A stretch of DNA of 64,000 nucleotides from a virus (IMGVR_UViG_3300020180_000003:14-64013), one strand, 5' to 3'. Shown: positions 37,138-47,116, counted from the stretch's first letter. Made by a program: numbers and translations. The notes: generated from the letters alone by a model not told the origin.

Positions 37138-37895
37138 CAGTTATACGCTCCGTCCCCGGCATCCTGTAGCATGTCGGCGTTTGGTGTGCAGCGCTCTGTT
37201 TGCGCCGTCGCCTTCGCTGCGAGTGCCGCTTTGATTGCCTCCAACTCGGCAACCTCGGCTTTGCGTTCGGCGGCCAGCGTTGCTAGCGCTGCTTCTAGTA
37301 TGGCGATCTGTGAGTCCTTCGCTGCGAGGGCTGCTTCGTACTCTTTTCGCATTTCAAACACTGGTGTAAGTAGATCGTAAATCTGGTTATCGCTCCATAG
37401 TGTTTCAGTCATTTTGCAATTCCCCTTTTTATGGTGACAAGCATGTAAATCGTTCGCGTCCGTGACGTGGGCTAGCGAATCAACAATCTGCTGCAAGTAC
37501 TGAGCCGTCGCGAATCCTGTCGGTATGCGGAACACACGGTATCCGAGTAGCGTGGCGGTGTTGTATTTTACGCAATCCTCGACAAATCCTTTTCCCCGTG
37601 TGTGCCTTCCGCCTGTCCATACTCCGCCCTCGAGTTCAATCAGCCATTTGCCTGTCGCTGTTTCACAGTAATAATCCGCGTGCCACTTTCGCCACTCACA
37701 GAAGCGAAACTCCGGCGTAAGCGCTGGCCCGCCCAATGTGCGCCACACCGCCTCGAACTGCATAGCGAAGTTGCGGCGCTGCTCCGCCTCTAACCGCTTG
37801 CGGGCCTGCGTCTTGTCTTCCTTCGGCGGCGCGGCTAGGTGTTTGTTGGCGGCGTATACTTCGTCGCTGACCTCAACTCCGAATAGATGGGGCAT
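37137..37895 (-). CDS. PD-(D/E)XK endonuclease-like protein (DUF559/Vsr-like) with coiled-coil tail
   Basis: EFRF..RKWHADY...IELEGGVWTGGRHTRGKGF.ED..KYN.A...GY. Confidence 0.75.
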   Translation of the reverse strand: MPHLFGVEVSDEVYAANKHLAAPPKEDKTQARKRLEAEQRRNFAMQFEAVWRTLGGPALTPEFRFCEWRKWHADYYCETATGKWLIELEGGVWTGGRHTRGKGFVEDCVKYNTATLLGYRVFRIPTGFATAQYLQQIVDSLAHVTDANDLHACHHKKGNCKMTETLWSDNQIYDLLTPVFEMRKEYEAALAAKDSQIAILEAALATLAAERKAEVAELEAIKAALAAKATAQTERCTPNADMLQDAGDGAYN

Positions 37896-37918
37896 GGGTT
37901 GGCACCTTCTTTCGCTGA

Positions 37919-39322
37919 TTATCGATTTAGGCTAGTCACGTCAAACCCAGCCGGCAAGTCACCAACACGGTAGCATTCACCACGAAACACTTGGTGGAAT
38001 GTTTTCGTAGCACCTCGGTTTTGCTTGTCAATGCGCAGCGTAGCGATAGGCGAATAGTCGCCTTCTTCGGCAATCTTGGTGGGACCGTCCCACTGCCCGC
38101 CGACGCCGACAATCTGGCGCGTGAGAATCATCACAAGCTGCGCCCGTTGCGACTTTTTGCCACTGCCATCAATCGATTGGCGAGTCTGGATCTTGCCCTG
38201 CTCCTGCATAGACTTGTTGCCTTGCGTGGCTGTGAAGATCGGAATACCGGCTTTCTCGGCAAAGTTCTTAAGCATGTTCATGTTGTCGCCTTCGCGCAGA
38301 TACTGATTATTGCCGTACAATTGTAGCTGTCGGCGATCCGGTTCGCATTTGTCGATGTAGTCCAGTACGACTGATTCGCATTCACCTTCGTCTGCCAACT
38401 TCTGCAACTCACGAATCACCTCGGACATTGACCAGCCCGGAGCGTGCGTGTAATGCAGATTATCTGCCCAATCACTCATTTGCCGTTCCGCTTCCAACAT
38501 AGCTGCAATCTGCTGTTGCGTTAGGTTGCCATCTTCGATAGCAGCTAGTGGCACGCTTGAATGTCGAGCCATGCGCCGGTCCAGCTTATACTGGTGATCA
38601 TCTTCCAAGTGGACCATCACAACCTTGTTGTTGCGTTTGGCCCAATGTTCGGCAATCCATTCCAGATAGGTTGATTTGCCTACGCCGTCCGGCGCTGCGA
38701 GCACGGCCACCAGTCCAGACCGTAATGGACGAACGTAATCATTCCATGACTTCCACGGCCAGTTAAAGCGCTGAGACAATCCCGACTCGGCCTCTAGTCT
38801 GCGATCCTTGACTGACTCACGGTGACTGTCGATTGTCTGCCAACCGTACAGCGTTGCACCACGATCCGTCTTAGGGGCCAGCGTCTGCAATCGTTCCTGC
38901 GCGGCCGTAAATAATTCATCAGGTGCCGGATTCGACTTGAGTTCGTCTACCATCCAGTAAGCGAAGTCTCCGGCGCTACGGAGCCAAGCCAGGCGCTTGA
39001 CAGTACCAGCGTAGGCCACGGCGCGCCGTGCATCGCCAGACAATCCAGCCACAAAATCTGCGCTAACGATTGTTGCGATCTTGTGTTCACGCGCCATGTT
39101 ACTGCACTCGGTAGCGATAGCCTGTGCGTCAATCGCCTCTACGCTGTTGAGTAAACTTTTAATCGCCAAAAAAATCAGCTTGTGCTTATCGTTGGCAAAA
39201 TCGGCAGAGTCCAGCATTTCAGCCAACTGTGTTGCTTGATCGACGTTGTCACGCATAGCTGCCAGTGTAGTTGATTCGGCTGTCGGGTGAATCAGGTTTT
39301 CAAAAACAGGTTTTGTTTTCAT
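37919..39322 (-). CDS. dnaB: Replicative DNA helicase
   Basis: DnaB N-terminal domain, APDGVGKST Walker A, VVLDY, ATQ, KQNRG. Confidence 0.9.
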   Translation of the reverse strand: MKTKPVFENLIHPTAESTTLAAMRDNVDQATQLAEMLDSADFANDKHKLIFLAIKSLLNSVEAIDAQAIATECSNMAREHKIATIVSADFVAGLSGDARRAVAYAGTVKRLAWLRSAGDFAYWMVDELKSNPAPDELFTAAQERLQTLAPKTDRGATLYGWQTIDSHRESVKDRRLEAESGLSQRFNWPWKSWNDYVRPLRSGLVAVLAAPDGVGKSTYLEWIAEHWAKRNNKVVMVHLEDDHQYKLDRRMARHSSVPLAAIEDGNLTQQQIAAMLEAERQMSDWADNLHYTHAPGWSMSEVIRELQKLADEGECESVVLDYIDKCEPDRRQLQLYGNNQYLREGDNMNMLKNFAEKAGIPIFTATQGNKSMQEQGKIQTRQSIDGSGKKSQRAQLVMILTRQIVGVGGQWDGPTKIAEEGDYSPIATLRIDKQNRGATKTFHQVFRGECYRVGDLPAGFDVTSLNR

Positions 39323-39334
39323 TTCGCCTATCTC

Positions 39335-40258
39335 CTAAATCGTTGCCATGTTGATACCAGTAACGTCCGTAACCGGCTTGCGATTAATCAATTCCTGAGA
39401 ATCACGCCAGCCATGCAAATACACGTCCAGCACGTTCGGATAGGATCGGAATGCCTTAATCGAACAATCTGCCGTCACCTGTCGCCACTTGTCCAAGTCC
39501 GTCGCCTTTTCGTTCATGTCCCGGATTTGCGCGGCTGTCGGTACCCAGGCGAACGACTCTTTCCAAATCTCAATCTGTGTTTTGCCTGTGCCTTTCGGTA
39601 ACAACCCTGCTTGAACCTGTCTAGGATCAAAAAGCGTTACCGTGCCTCTGATTTTTTCCGGTTTATGATTTGGTTGAGGAGCGCTTGGCGGCGTTTCCGT
39701 TGGCGGCGGCACTTCGCCGCTATTACCTTCTACTTCTACTTCCCTTAAACTTCTACTTACCTTAGGCTGGACTTTATCCGGAGTTAGTCCGGAGTTAGTC
39801 CGGAGTTTGTTTGGATTAGGTTCGGCACTTGTCCGCTGCTTGATTTCTTGTTCGTTTTTTACCTGCGCCGTAGGTGTATGACCAGTCAGTAGAAGTCCGG
39901 ACGGTGAGCGCGTGTAGCCTGGTGGTGGGCCGAAGCCACTAGGTGCCTCGCGGTCGTAGCGCATTCCTTGCTGATTTTTGGCAAAGCCTACGAAAAACAG
40001 AACAACATCATCTTTATCTTCGTAGGAGACAACAAGACCTGCTGCAACTAATTCATCAATTAAGCCAGATATTTTAGGCATCAGTTCGGATCGGCGTGGA
40101 CATGTCTGGGCCCACAAAAGCATTGGATCACCAAAGATTAAGCCGTCTCTGTCTAGGTGGGGAATCGTCTTTAGATAGACAAGCTCTGCTTCCAAGCTGA
40201 GTCCATTTAGCTTTTTGTCGGTTGCTACTGACTGACTTAACATTCTACCGCGTGCCAT
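39335..40258 (-). CDS. Replication initiator protein
   Basis: MARGRML...DRDG wHTH N-terminus, upstream of dnaB, internal iteron-like repeats. Confidence 0.75.
   Translation of the reverse strand: MARGRMLSQSVATDKKLNGLSLEAELVYLKTIPHLDRDGLIFGDPMLLWAQTCPRRSELMPKISGLIDELVAAGLVVSYEDKDDVVLFFVGFAKNQQGMRYDREAPSGFGPPPGYTRSPSGLLLTGHTPTAQVKNEQEIKQRTSAEPNPNKLRTNSGLTPDKVQPKVSRSLREVEVEGNSGEVPPPTETPPSAPQPNHKPEKIRGTVTLFDPRQVQAGLLPKGTGKTQIEIWKESFAWVPTAAQIRDMNEKATDLDKWRQVTADCSIKAFRSYPNVLDVYLHGWRDSQELINRKPVTDVTGINMATI
39777..39809. repeat. Three 11-bp iteron-like repeats (putative origin)
   Basis: TCCGGAGTTAG x2 plus TCCGGAGTTTG inside the initiator gene. Confidence 0.6.
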
Positions 40259-40260
40259 AA

Positions 40261-40509
40261 TTATGCCTCTCTCGCGCTTATAATCACGTCTATCCAGGCA
40301 CGTTCTAGCGCTGCCTGTTCTGCAACTTCGTCTAGCGCTGGCGGTTCGGTAGGCAGTCGTGCAACGTCTTCATCGGTGGCCGAACCTAACGACTTTCCGC
40401 AATCATCGCATTGATACAGGTTGAGTGACAAATGCTCCGGGCCTGTATCAATGCCTAGATCGTAAATTCCTTCATAGGTGACAATCGTTGTGTGTTTATG
40501 TTTGCACAT
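40261..40509 (-). CDS. Small Zn-binding protein
   Basis: CKH...CDDCG. Confidence 0.55.
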   Translation of the reverse strand: MCKHKHTTIVTYEGIYDLGIDTGPEHLSLNLYQCDDCGKSLGSATDEDVARLPTEPPALDEVAEQAALERAWIDVIISAREA

Positions 40510-41156
40510 GGTTTTCTACTTCTCTCAGGAATGCGTCATAGCATTCTAGCATCCATTCAGTGTCAACGTGTTTAGCTAGATAGCGGCCAGCAGCGGCGGG
40601 GTCTGTGGGTAGCTGATAGCGCCGCGTCTTGTCTGGGTCAATGATCCCGGCTGCAATGGCGGCGGCTCTTGCGCTGCGATATTCGCCCCGCTTCATTCCT
40701 TCCAAGAATGTCCGGATTATCGCGGGCTATGCGGGCGGTCAGGTATTTGGCGTTATCACCTCTTTGTTTAATCGAATCAAGGTGATAATCATTACCTTGA
40801 TTATTGCATTCATCCAACTGTCTGTCGCCACCATTTACCGCTAATGGCTGCGCAGTCTCGGCCAGCGTCTGCGTTGTCTTGCGCTGAGTGACTTCAATGT
40901 TTATGGATATCTTAGTCTTGCCCAGCCCGCTAGGCGGCGGCGCTGCACAGAATTCATCGAAGGAAGAAAAGCCAAGTGCTTGGTAGCCAGACTTTTCTTC
41001 CATCAGCTTGATCATGCCTTCGAGGTGATCCGCGCTACTTTCCACATTGTGAAGGGCAGACAAGATTTCTCCTTTTACTGCCACTGCCCAAGATCGGCTA
41101 CCTGGCTTTGCAGCTAGGTCGCCAACCTCATCCATTGTGATTGTTCTGTTGGACAT
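40496..41156 (-). pseudogene. Single gene split by a +1 frameshift near 40705
   Basis: ...YLTARIARDNPDIL continues as EGMKRGEYRSARAAAIAAGI in the next frame. Confidence 0.6.
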
Positions 41157-41221
41157 TGACCGGGTACCTTTTCTGCAAATACGCCCACACCGCACCGAGT
41201 TCACTTTCGGTCATAACGTTC

Positions 41222-41731
41222 CTATCCGCCCTTGCGCCGCTTTTCCATTTCGTCCAACTTGCCCCACTCCGCCATCATGATTTCGCAATAGTTACGTCCC
41301 TTGCGTCGCCAAAATGCCCGTGCAACTTTGGATGGATCAGTGGTTTCCACACCGCTGGCGCTGTTGGCAAATTCAAACCATTGCTTGACAAGCCAGCGCA
41401 ACTTTTCGATATCTGCGTCTTCATAGAGAATATCCTTAAATGGGGTATATAGATGAATGGTTTCGATCTCTTTGTCGCTACCCCAAATGATCATTACCGT
41501 ATGCCCATCGTCAACCAGGCTCATCATCGTCATCATTTGCCCTATCGGGACGGGCGCTCCTGGTTGCTTTGTTTCCAAAAATAATTTACGCCCGCGTCGC
41601 TCGACGCAACCATCAATGTCTGTTGGGCTGATCTTGGTTGTACCAAAGCAGCCTTCCAAGATGCTCCAATCCCACACGCCGCGATCATAAGATGCCATAT
41701 TTCGGATTTGACCGCGCTTAATTTGCGCCAA
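41222..41731 (-). CDS. PD-(D/E)XK-fold protein
   Basis: PTDIDG...LFLETK. Confidence 0.55.
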   Translation of the reverse strand: MAQIKRGQIRNMASYDRGVWDWSILEGCFGTTKISPTDIDGCVERRGRKLFLETKQPGAPVPIGQMMTMMSLVDDGHTVMIIWGSDKEIETIHLYTPFKDILYEDADIEKLRWLVKQWFEFANSASGVETTDPSKVARAFWRRKGRNYCEIMMAEWGKLDEMEKRRKGG

Positions 41732-41734
41732 GAT

Positions 41735-43006
41735 TCACCCCCGAATCACCCCTACGAAACCGAACGATCTAAATTCATCCGAAAAGTCACTTTTCTTTGT
41801 GCCAAAATATAGAATTGCTTGCCCTTGCAGAGGTGCGCCTGTTTCACCATCTGGTCGCCAGAATCTCACTCGGCTTTTTGGGAAACAAACGCAAGTTGCC
41901 ATGCGCGCCATGCGCTGAAACCAGGCTGTCTCAGTAGCGTTATTGACTAACACGATAGCCTCTGTCACGTCGCCAGCCTGATAGTGATTACACAGCTTTT
42001 TAGAAAATCGCCCAACGAGATCGGAAGAATAGGGCGGGTTCATCCACACCTTGCCTGTCCATTCTTGCGTTAGCCCATCGTCATCTACCGTGTAAAATTC
42101 GCCAGCCTGTACAATTGTGTTGGCAATCTCTGACGTTGCTGGATCTAAGTCAATTCTCCCCAACACGCGGCGCGCAGATTCGACATATTCCCTCGGCGTG
42201 TACCATTCATTATTGCCGGAGTTATTCGCGACGTGTGGCTTGGATGACTCGTGTGCCCTGACATCTGGTGATATGTTGCAATAAGGACAATAGGGAAGAT
42301 CCGCTATCCATAGCTTACTGCAAACTCCGCACTGCTTCGTATCACCACGCTGCTTGTAATTGCCGGATACCCCCACTATTACCGGAGAGAACGCCCAGGG
42401 ATCATCGTTATATTCGCCGCCATCATAGTTGCCGCCATCCTCGGCTAATGCTTCGGCTTCCTGATCGTATGTATCGCCGCTGTCGTGCGTGCCGTTGGTG
42501 CGCGGCGCATTGCGTTCTGGATTGTCGAATTGTGGTTCGACGGTGGTGTCTTCAACTGGCTGTATCTGCTTGAGGTTGGCTTCGTACTCACGAGCGGACT
42601 CAAGTAGATCACGGCTACTTAGGTTGTGATCAATGGCGTAGCTAAGTAAAGAGCGTTGGGTATCTTCATCAAATTTTGCAACATGCCAATGGTGTGTCCA
42701 TGATAGTTTCTCTGTGCGCACAGAGAAATGTACGTTGCGAGAGGTGTATGAATAATTCATCAAATTTTGCAACGTATTGCCCGTGACCTCAATCGCTTGG
42801 GTATACTTGTCGCCCCAGCGATTTTCCCCCTCGTTTATCCAATCGCCAAGCCACCAGTTTTTTGCACTGTCAATGTACCTGAATCTTTCTCCAACATCTG
42901 TCCACTGATCGTAAGTCATGTTGGCTGGGGGTTGCCACGATACAGCGTCAATGACGCCGTAATTAGAAAGTAATTCGTCTAGATTCGATTTAGCTAGGTG
43001 CTTCAC
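41735..43006 (-). CDS. Phage N6-adenine DNA methyltransferase with N-terminal extension
   Basis: NEWYTP, IDLDPA, DDGL, WMNPPY, TETAWFQ. Confidence 0.9.
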   Translation of the reverse strand: MKHLAKSNLDELLSNYGVIDAVSWQPPANMTYDQWTDVGERFRYIDSAKNWWLGDWINEGENRWGDKYTQAIEVTGNTLQNLMNYSYTSRNVHFSVRTEKLSWTHHWHVAKFDEDTQRSLLSYAIDHNLSSRDLLESAREYEANLKQIQPVEDTTVEPQFDNPERNAPRTNGTHDSGDTYDQEAEALAEDGGNYDGGEYNDDPWAFSPVIVGVSGNYKQRGDTKQCGVCSKLWIADLPYCPYCNISPDVRAHESSKPHVANNSGNNEWYTPREYVESARRVLGRIDLDPATSEIANTIVQAGEFYTVDDDGLTQEWTGKVWMNPPYSSDLVGRFSKKLCNHYQAGDVTEAIVLVNNATETAWFQRMARMATCVCFPKSRVRFWRPDGETGAPLQGQAILYFGTKKSDFSDEFRSFGFVGVIRG

Positions 43007-43015
43007 TGTTGATCC

Positions 43016-43192
43016 TTATTCCTCTACCGGCTTGCAATCGGCAGCGTTCTGAATGCTACGAATGCGATTAATTTCGGCGGACAGCAGGCGATCAACAATA
43101 TCAAGCATTCTTTCGCCTGTCTCAGCATGAATGCGTCGCAAATTTTGCAACGCGTCCGTATAAATTCGCGTATGTGTTGATTCTTTTATCAT
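43016..43192 (-). CDS. Small RHH-like protein, probably leaderless mRNA
   Basis: MIKESTHTRIY; ATG lies 6 nt after the -10 box. Confidence 0.55.
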   Translation of the reverse strand: MIKESTHTRIYTDALQNLRRIHAETGERMLDIVDRLLSAEINRIRSIQNAADCKPVEE

Positions 43193-43198
43193 GAGTAC

Positions 43199-43227
43199 AG
43201 TATACCTCGATATACTTGTTATGTCAA
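43199..43227 (-). promoter_or_regulatory. Sigma70 promoter
   Basis: TTGACA-N17-TATACT. Confidence 0.75.
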
Positions 43228-43230
43228 AAT

Positions 43231-43260
43231 GAAAGAAAGCCGCGAATCGATTCGCGGCTT
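43231..43260 (-). terminator. Terminator after ssb
   Basis: Palindrome AAGCCGCGAATCGATTCGCGGCTT followed by a T-rich tract on the minus strand. Confidence 0.7.
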
Positions 43261-43281
43261 CCACCTATACACTTGCGCTAC

Positions 43282-43662
43282 TCAGAACTGAACTTCTGCC
43301 GAAGTCTCTACACTGACGTTGTCTGTGGTGTCATTGCGTCCACTGAGGAATCGCACATTCTGCGCCTTGATTTCCAGGCCAGCGCGTGCCTCGCCAGCCT
43401 TATCCGTATAGACGTTCGGATCCTCTACTTCACCAGTCACTAACACCTTGCTGCCTTTGTGTAGGTACTGGCTCACGGTCTCGGCTTGTTTGCCCCACAC
43501 AGAGACGCGAAACCACGTCGTCTTCTCTTGCCGCTCTCCGTTGGCATTGCTCCATGTACGGCTGGTTGCCATACGAAACGACGCCACTGCTACACCACTC
43601 GGCGTGTAGCGCATTTCTGGATCGTTGCCCAGGTGCCCGATCAACGTAATCTGTTGATACAT
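43282..43662 (-). CDS. ssb: Single-stranded DNA-binding protein
   Basis: LIGHLGNDPEMRYTPSG...TTWFRVSVWGKQAE...KGSKVLVTG. Confidence 0.97.
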   Translation of the reverse strand: MYQQITLIGHLGNDPEMRYTPSGVAVASFRMATSRTWSNANGERQEKTTWFRVSVWGKQAETVSQYLHKGSKVLVTGEVEDPNVYTDKAGEARAGLEIKAQNVRFLSGRNDTTDNVSVETSAEVQF

Positions 43663-43674
43663 GTGTTATTCTCC

Positions 43675-44514
43675 TTAAGCCGTTTCAGGCTGTGCTTCGA
43701 TTTGCACCTTCGGCTTGCTGAGACAATCCTCAACGAATGCGGCAATGACAGCTTTCAGATTCGCCGGTGTGACTCTGTTGCTGAACTTGGCTTTTGCGAG
43801 TTGCGCCCAGCGATTCTGTGCGTGGTGTGTGTTGCTGCACCATTTACCGTCGATAGCCCACAGTTGCGCTGCTTGTGGTGAACTCAACCCGGCTGCAATG
43901 GTGACGGCTTCGGTGGCGATTGCGTTATCGGATTCGGTGGCATTGGGTATCGCCTCAAAAGACTCAGCGGCGGGCGCTGGCAACGCCTTCGGTTGTTCCG
44001 GCTGACGGTGCGTAGCGTTGACGGCAGGCGGCGCTTGGCGCACTGGCTGCTGTGGACGTTGCGCTTGCTGGCGATTGCTTGCCAGTTCCACCGGTGCGCT
44101 TTCACCGTCTGGATCTTCACCACCGGCACCGACAACGAATAGCTTGATCAGAAATGTCTTAGTGGCATAGGTGATTGCTTTCGTCAACGCCTTGTCTGCG
44201 TTGCCGTAGTCGATACCTTCAGCGATCCAACGACTGGTAAACGTGTCGCCATCAGCGCAGCAAATGTGCATATCGAATTCGACTTTACACCGTGTCATTT
44301 TGCCTTCTGTTACAGTTTCGTAGTTCGCTATTGACGGGATAACACAGACGCCGAACTCAGCCATTGCTTTGCCGATAGCCTCTAGCGCCGTGTCACTAGT
44401 GATGTATCGGTAGTCGCTTTGCTTGTTGTGTCCATCCTTGGGCAGGCTGCGAACCTTGCCCATCACCTGGGCAATGCGTCCGAACAATTTGCCGTTGTTA
44501 ACTTCCTCTGTCAT
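43675..44514 (-). CDS. erf: ERF-family single-strand annealing recombinase
   Basis: KDGHN..YRY...DKALTKAITYATK.FL...DPD. Confidence 0.85.
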   Translation of the reverse strand: MTEEVNNGKLFGRIAQVMGKVRSLPKDGHNKQSDYRYITSDTALEAIGKAMAEFGVCVIPSIANYETVTEGKMTRCKVEFDMHICCADGDTFTSRWIAEGIDYGNADKALTKAITYATKTFLIKLFVVGAGGEDPDGESAPVELASNRQQAQRPQQPVRQAPPAVNATHRQPEQPKALPAPAAESFEAIPNATESDNAIATEAVTIAAGLSSPQAAQLWAIDGKWCSNTHHAQNRWAQLAKAKFSNRVTPANLKAVIAAFVEDCLSKPKVQIEAQPETA

Positions 44515-44638
44515 AACTGTTCCTTCTGCCGGTTACGGTGACGGCGCACCAGGTTGTAACGTGCTGCGTTTTGCAGCAATGCACCGGCTGCGCTTCGAGT
44601 CGCACTGTGGGCAGGCCATACTGCCACCGGTGTTTTGT

Positions 44639-45016
44639 TTACCACTGCTCGATATCTGCGTGATCGTACTGACCTTCGTATGATCTGCCGCGCTGGTGGC
44701 CCGTCAGGACATATCCATGCTGCGCTAGGTTGGATTGAATAAACACTGTCGGCGCAACAGCGAATTCGCTAGTAATATGGCGATCTAGGTGCTGGATGAT
44801 CACCTCGTTCGTGTGGTCGCCACCCGTGACATTCGGGTAGAATTCCAACAATATCGTTGTCGTTTTCGGGTACTGCTGGATGGAAATATCCAGCGCCCCG
44901 CCTTCTACTTCCAGGTTGTTAACCTGTGTATGGACATAAGGTACGCCGTGCTGACTCTCACACCGGCGTATCGTGGACTGGTAGTTGCGTTTGTATAGCG
45001 AGATCGTGTTACTCAT
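44639..45016 (-). CDS. Hypothetical protein
   Basis: Coupled ORF. Confidence 0.5.
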   Translation of the reverse strand: MSNTISLYKRNYQSTIRRCESQHGVPYVHTQVNNLEVEGGALDISIQQYPKTTTILLEFYPNVTGGDHTNEVIIQHLDRHITSEFAVAPTVFIQSNLAQHGYVLTGHQRGRSYEGQYDHADIEQW

Positions 45017-45420
45017 TTGCGAATCCTGCCAAACAGGGCGAGTTGCAGGAATATGTCGGCCTCTTCTGCGTCGGCTTCCCCACTGAGAACGGCATCAAGG
45101 TGCTCCGGGTAATTCGCCGCCAGCAGTTGGAAGCCATTGATACAGGCGGTACGATCCAGAGAAAGCCAATTTCCTCCGACTTTCTTAAACGTGATCGAGC
45201 CGCCCTTGACAGCTGCCCATAATAGGCGATCCCATTCGTTGACTGCTTGTGGTACAATTGCCGGTGCCGTTTGCTTCATGCCGTAGTACAAAAACCCAGT
45301 CGCCTCATCCTCAAATGCGCTGGACAACAATGCCAGTAGGATGTCATCGCTCACCTCCAACGACAGTCGGACGTCAAAGTCAGTTTCGATTTCAACAATG
45401 CATGGCGTTAGATCGTTCAT
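45013..45420 (-). CDS. Hypothetical protein
   Basis: MNDLTPC start; DAEEADIFLQLALFG motif. Confidence 0.6.
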   Translation of the reverse strand: MNDLTPCIVEIETDFDVRLSLEVSDDILLALLSSAFEDEATGFLYYGMKQTAPAIVPQAVNEWDRLLWAAVKGGSITFKKVGGNWLSLDRTACINGFQLLAANYPEHLDAVLSGEADAEEADIFLQLALFGRIRK

Positions 45421-45698
45421 GATCCTCTCCGTTCCTCCTGGCGCTCTGCTATTCCTGCGTCCATCGTGTACCGCTCCCAATCGCCATCGTCAATCAAGCT
45501 GCGTATCGCCTTCGCCATCAAGTCATATTCGTTCGGTGCGCAGATCGCTGCGACTTCTGCCTCTGTGGGCCAGTCGGCTGGCGGCGTTATGACACGGAAG
45601 CTACTGCCATTGACACAGCGCCCGATTGCAATCACACGACGATTGTCGGTTGGTGTGCCTAGTCCACGGAAGGTTAAATCTGTGAATCGGTGGCTCAT
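45417..45698 (-). CDS. Hypothetical protein
   Basis: Coupled ORF. Confidence 0.55.
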   Translation of the reverse strand: MSHRFTDLTFRGLGTPTDNRRVIAIGRCVNGSSFRVITPPADWPTEAEVAAICAPNEYDLMAKAIRSLIDDGDWERYTMDAGIAERQEERRGS

Positions 45699-45834
45699 TT
45701 TTTCTTGTCCTTTCGTTCCTGTGCGGCTTCACGTAGGAGTATTGCGGCTTCGGCGTCTTTCTCGGCTTGATCGACTTCGTCTTGCATCGGCGGTATTGAC
45801 GCCTTCTCATCTTCGGTTAGTGCTGGTGTCTTTC

Positions 45835-46038
45835 TCATTCGCCTGCCTCCCACATCGCAGTACGGTACGCCCGCTGTCCAGCGAATTCCCAACCGGCCAG
45901 TTGGCGAGGTGTCCAATCCTTACTAGGTATGAACCCTAGACGATGGCACTCTTTGCCTAGCGCAAAATCGTCAACGGGTGCGACATAATTCTTGTGGCTT
46001 GACTCACGTTTGATGTTTTGCAGAGTTGCTTCTGTCAT
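45835..46038 (-). CDS. Hypothetical protein
   Basis: CAGGAGA RBS, downstream of promoter 46125-46153. Confidence 0.6.
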   Translation of the reverse strand: MTEATLQNIKRESSHKNYVAPVDDFALGKECHRLGFIPSKDWTPRQLAGWEFAGQRAYRTAMWEAGE

Positions 46039-46124
46039 GTTATAATCTCCTGTGTGTGTGGTTGTAACGAGCGCCCGTCTGTTTGTAGCAGATTGGGCGC
46101 TTTACGTTTTTGTGGTAGATACCT

Positions 46125-46153
46125 AGTTTACCATACGTCTTGCCATTTGTCAA
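46125..46153 (-). promoter_or_regulatory. Sigma70 promoter with operator-like motif
   Basis: TTGACA-aatggcaagacgtatgg-TAAACT. Confidence 0.7.
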
Positions 46154-46204
46154 GTAGCAATGTAGAAGTCACCCCACATCCGCAAACAGAGGCGTATGTT
46201 AATC

Positions 46205-46465
46205 TCATCGCGCCAGCAGCATCACCGCGCAAAGAGAACCCACCGTCATAATGAATAAACAGGCAGTCATCAGCTTCCACCGGTGTGCCTCAGCAGCGTG
46301 TCGGCCAGCCGCTTGGCACAGGCGCAAGTCACGCGCCATGAGTTCACGGACGCGTGACTTTAATCGTGTGTTCTCTAGTAGCGCGTCGTTCAACTCTCTC
46401 ATCGCATTGCTAGATTCTGCGCAGATGTGCGCTGGCGTGCGTGTGCCTACCCACAATTCTCGCAT
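46205..46465 (-). CDS. Hypothetical protein with C-terminal TM
   Basis: GGAGG RBS. Confidence 0.5.
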   Translation of the reverse strand: MRELWVGTRTPAHICAESSNAMRELNDALLENTRLKSRVRELMARDLRLCQAAGRHAAEAHRWKLMTACLFIMTVGSLCAVMLLAR

Positions 46466-46689
46466 TGTGCCTCCGCTTCTTTGACGCGCACTGCCGGTTG
46501 GATACTCATGCCGGTAGCGCAGATTATCCGATAGAGCGCCGGTCCTGATGGCCTGCGATCCTGGCTGATGTAGCGACTAACAGCGCTTTCTGATAGTCTG
46601 CACCGCTTCGCTAATTCCGCAGCTGTTATCTCGTGTTCTTCCAGGTAGGCCACGAGGTGCGCCGATACCTGTTGTCCAATGTCTGTCAT
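46447..46689 (-). CDS. XRE/Cro-family HTH regulator
   Basis: ITAAELAKRCRLSESAVSRYISQDRRPS. Confidence 0.9.
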   Translation of the reverse strand: MTDIGQQVSAHLVAYLEEHEITAAELAKRCRLSESAVSRYISQDRRPSGPALYRIICATGMSIQPAVRVKEAEAQCENCG

Positions 46690-46952
46690 TATTCGCCTGC
46701 CTCCAATTCGATTTCAAACTCAAAGGGTTCTACCTTTTTGGAGTTGTCGAAATTCTCCAAAAAGGTACCGACGATCTTTGGCGTCGGTACTGATACTCCA
46801 ATACATTCGCCAATCGGAAAAACATCAATAGACACAATGTCTACAGTGACATCCCCGCCAACAGCATCGCGTATGGCTCTGTTGATAGGACACCACTTTA
46901 TGTTCATTTTGCAACCAGCGTCAATATGATCCTGCGTCACTTTGATAATCAT
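46689..46952 (-). CDS. Hypothetical protein
   Basis: AAGGAGA RBS; first gene of the leftward operon. Confidence 0.7.
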   Translation of the reverse strand: MIIKVTQDHIDAGCKMNIKWCPINRAIRDAVGGDVTVDIVSIDVFPIGECIGVSVPTPKIVGTFLENFDNSKKVEPFEFEIELEAGE

Positions 46953-46990
46953 TGAAAATCTCCTTTTTGTTTTATATATGTGTCATCCGC

Positions 46991-47067
46991 ATATTAGCAT
47001 GGATATTGCCGAATGTCAAGCATTATCCATTTTGGTACTTGACAAATGGCAACGGATGTGATAGACT
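46991..47067. promoter_or_regulatory. Back-to-back divergent sigma70 promoters
   Basis: Minus: TTGACA(47019)-N17-TAATAT; plus: TTGACA(47039)-N17-TAGACT. Confidence 0.75.
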
Positions 47068-47116
47068 AGATACATCGAACAAAATTGTATAATTCAGAGG
47101 AAGGGACATAATTACT

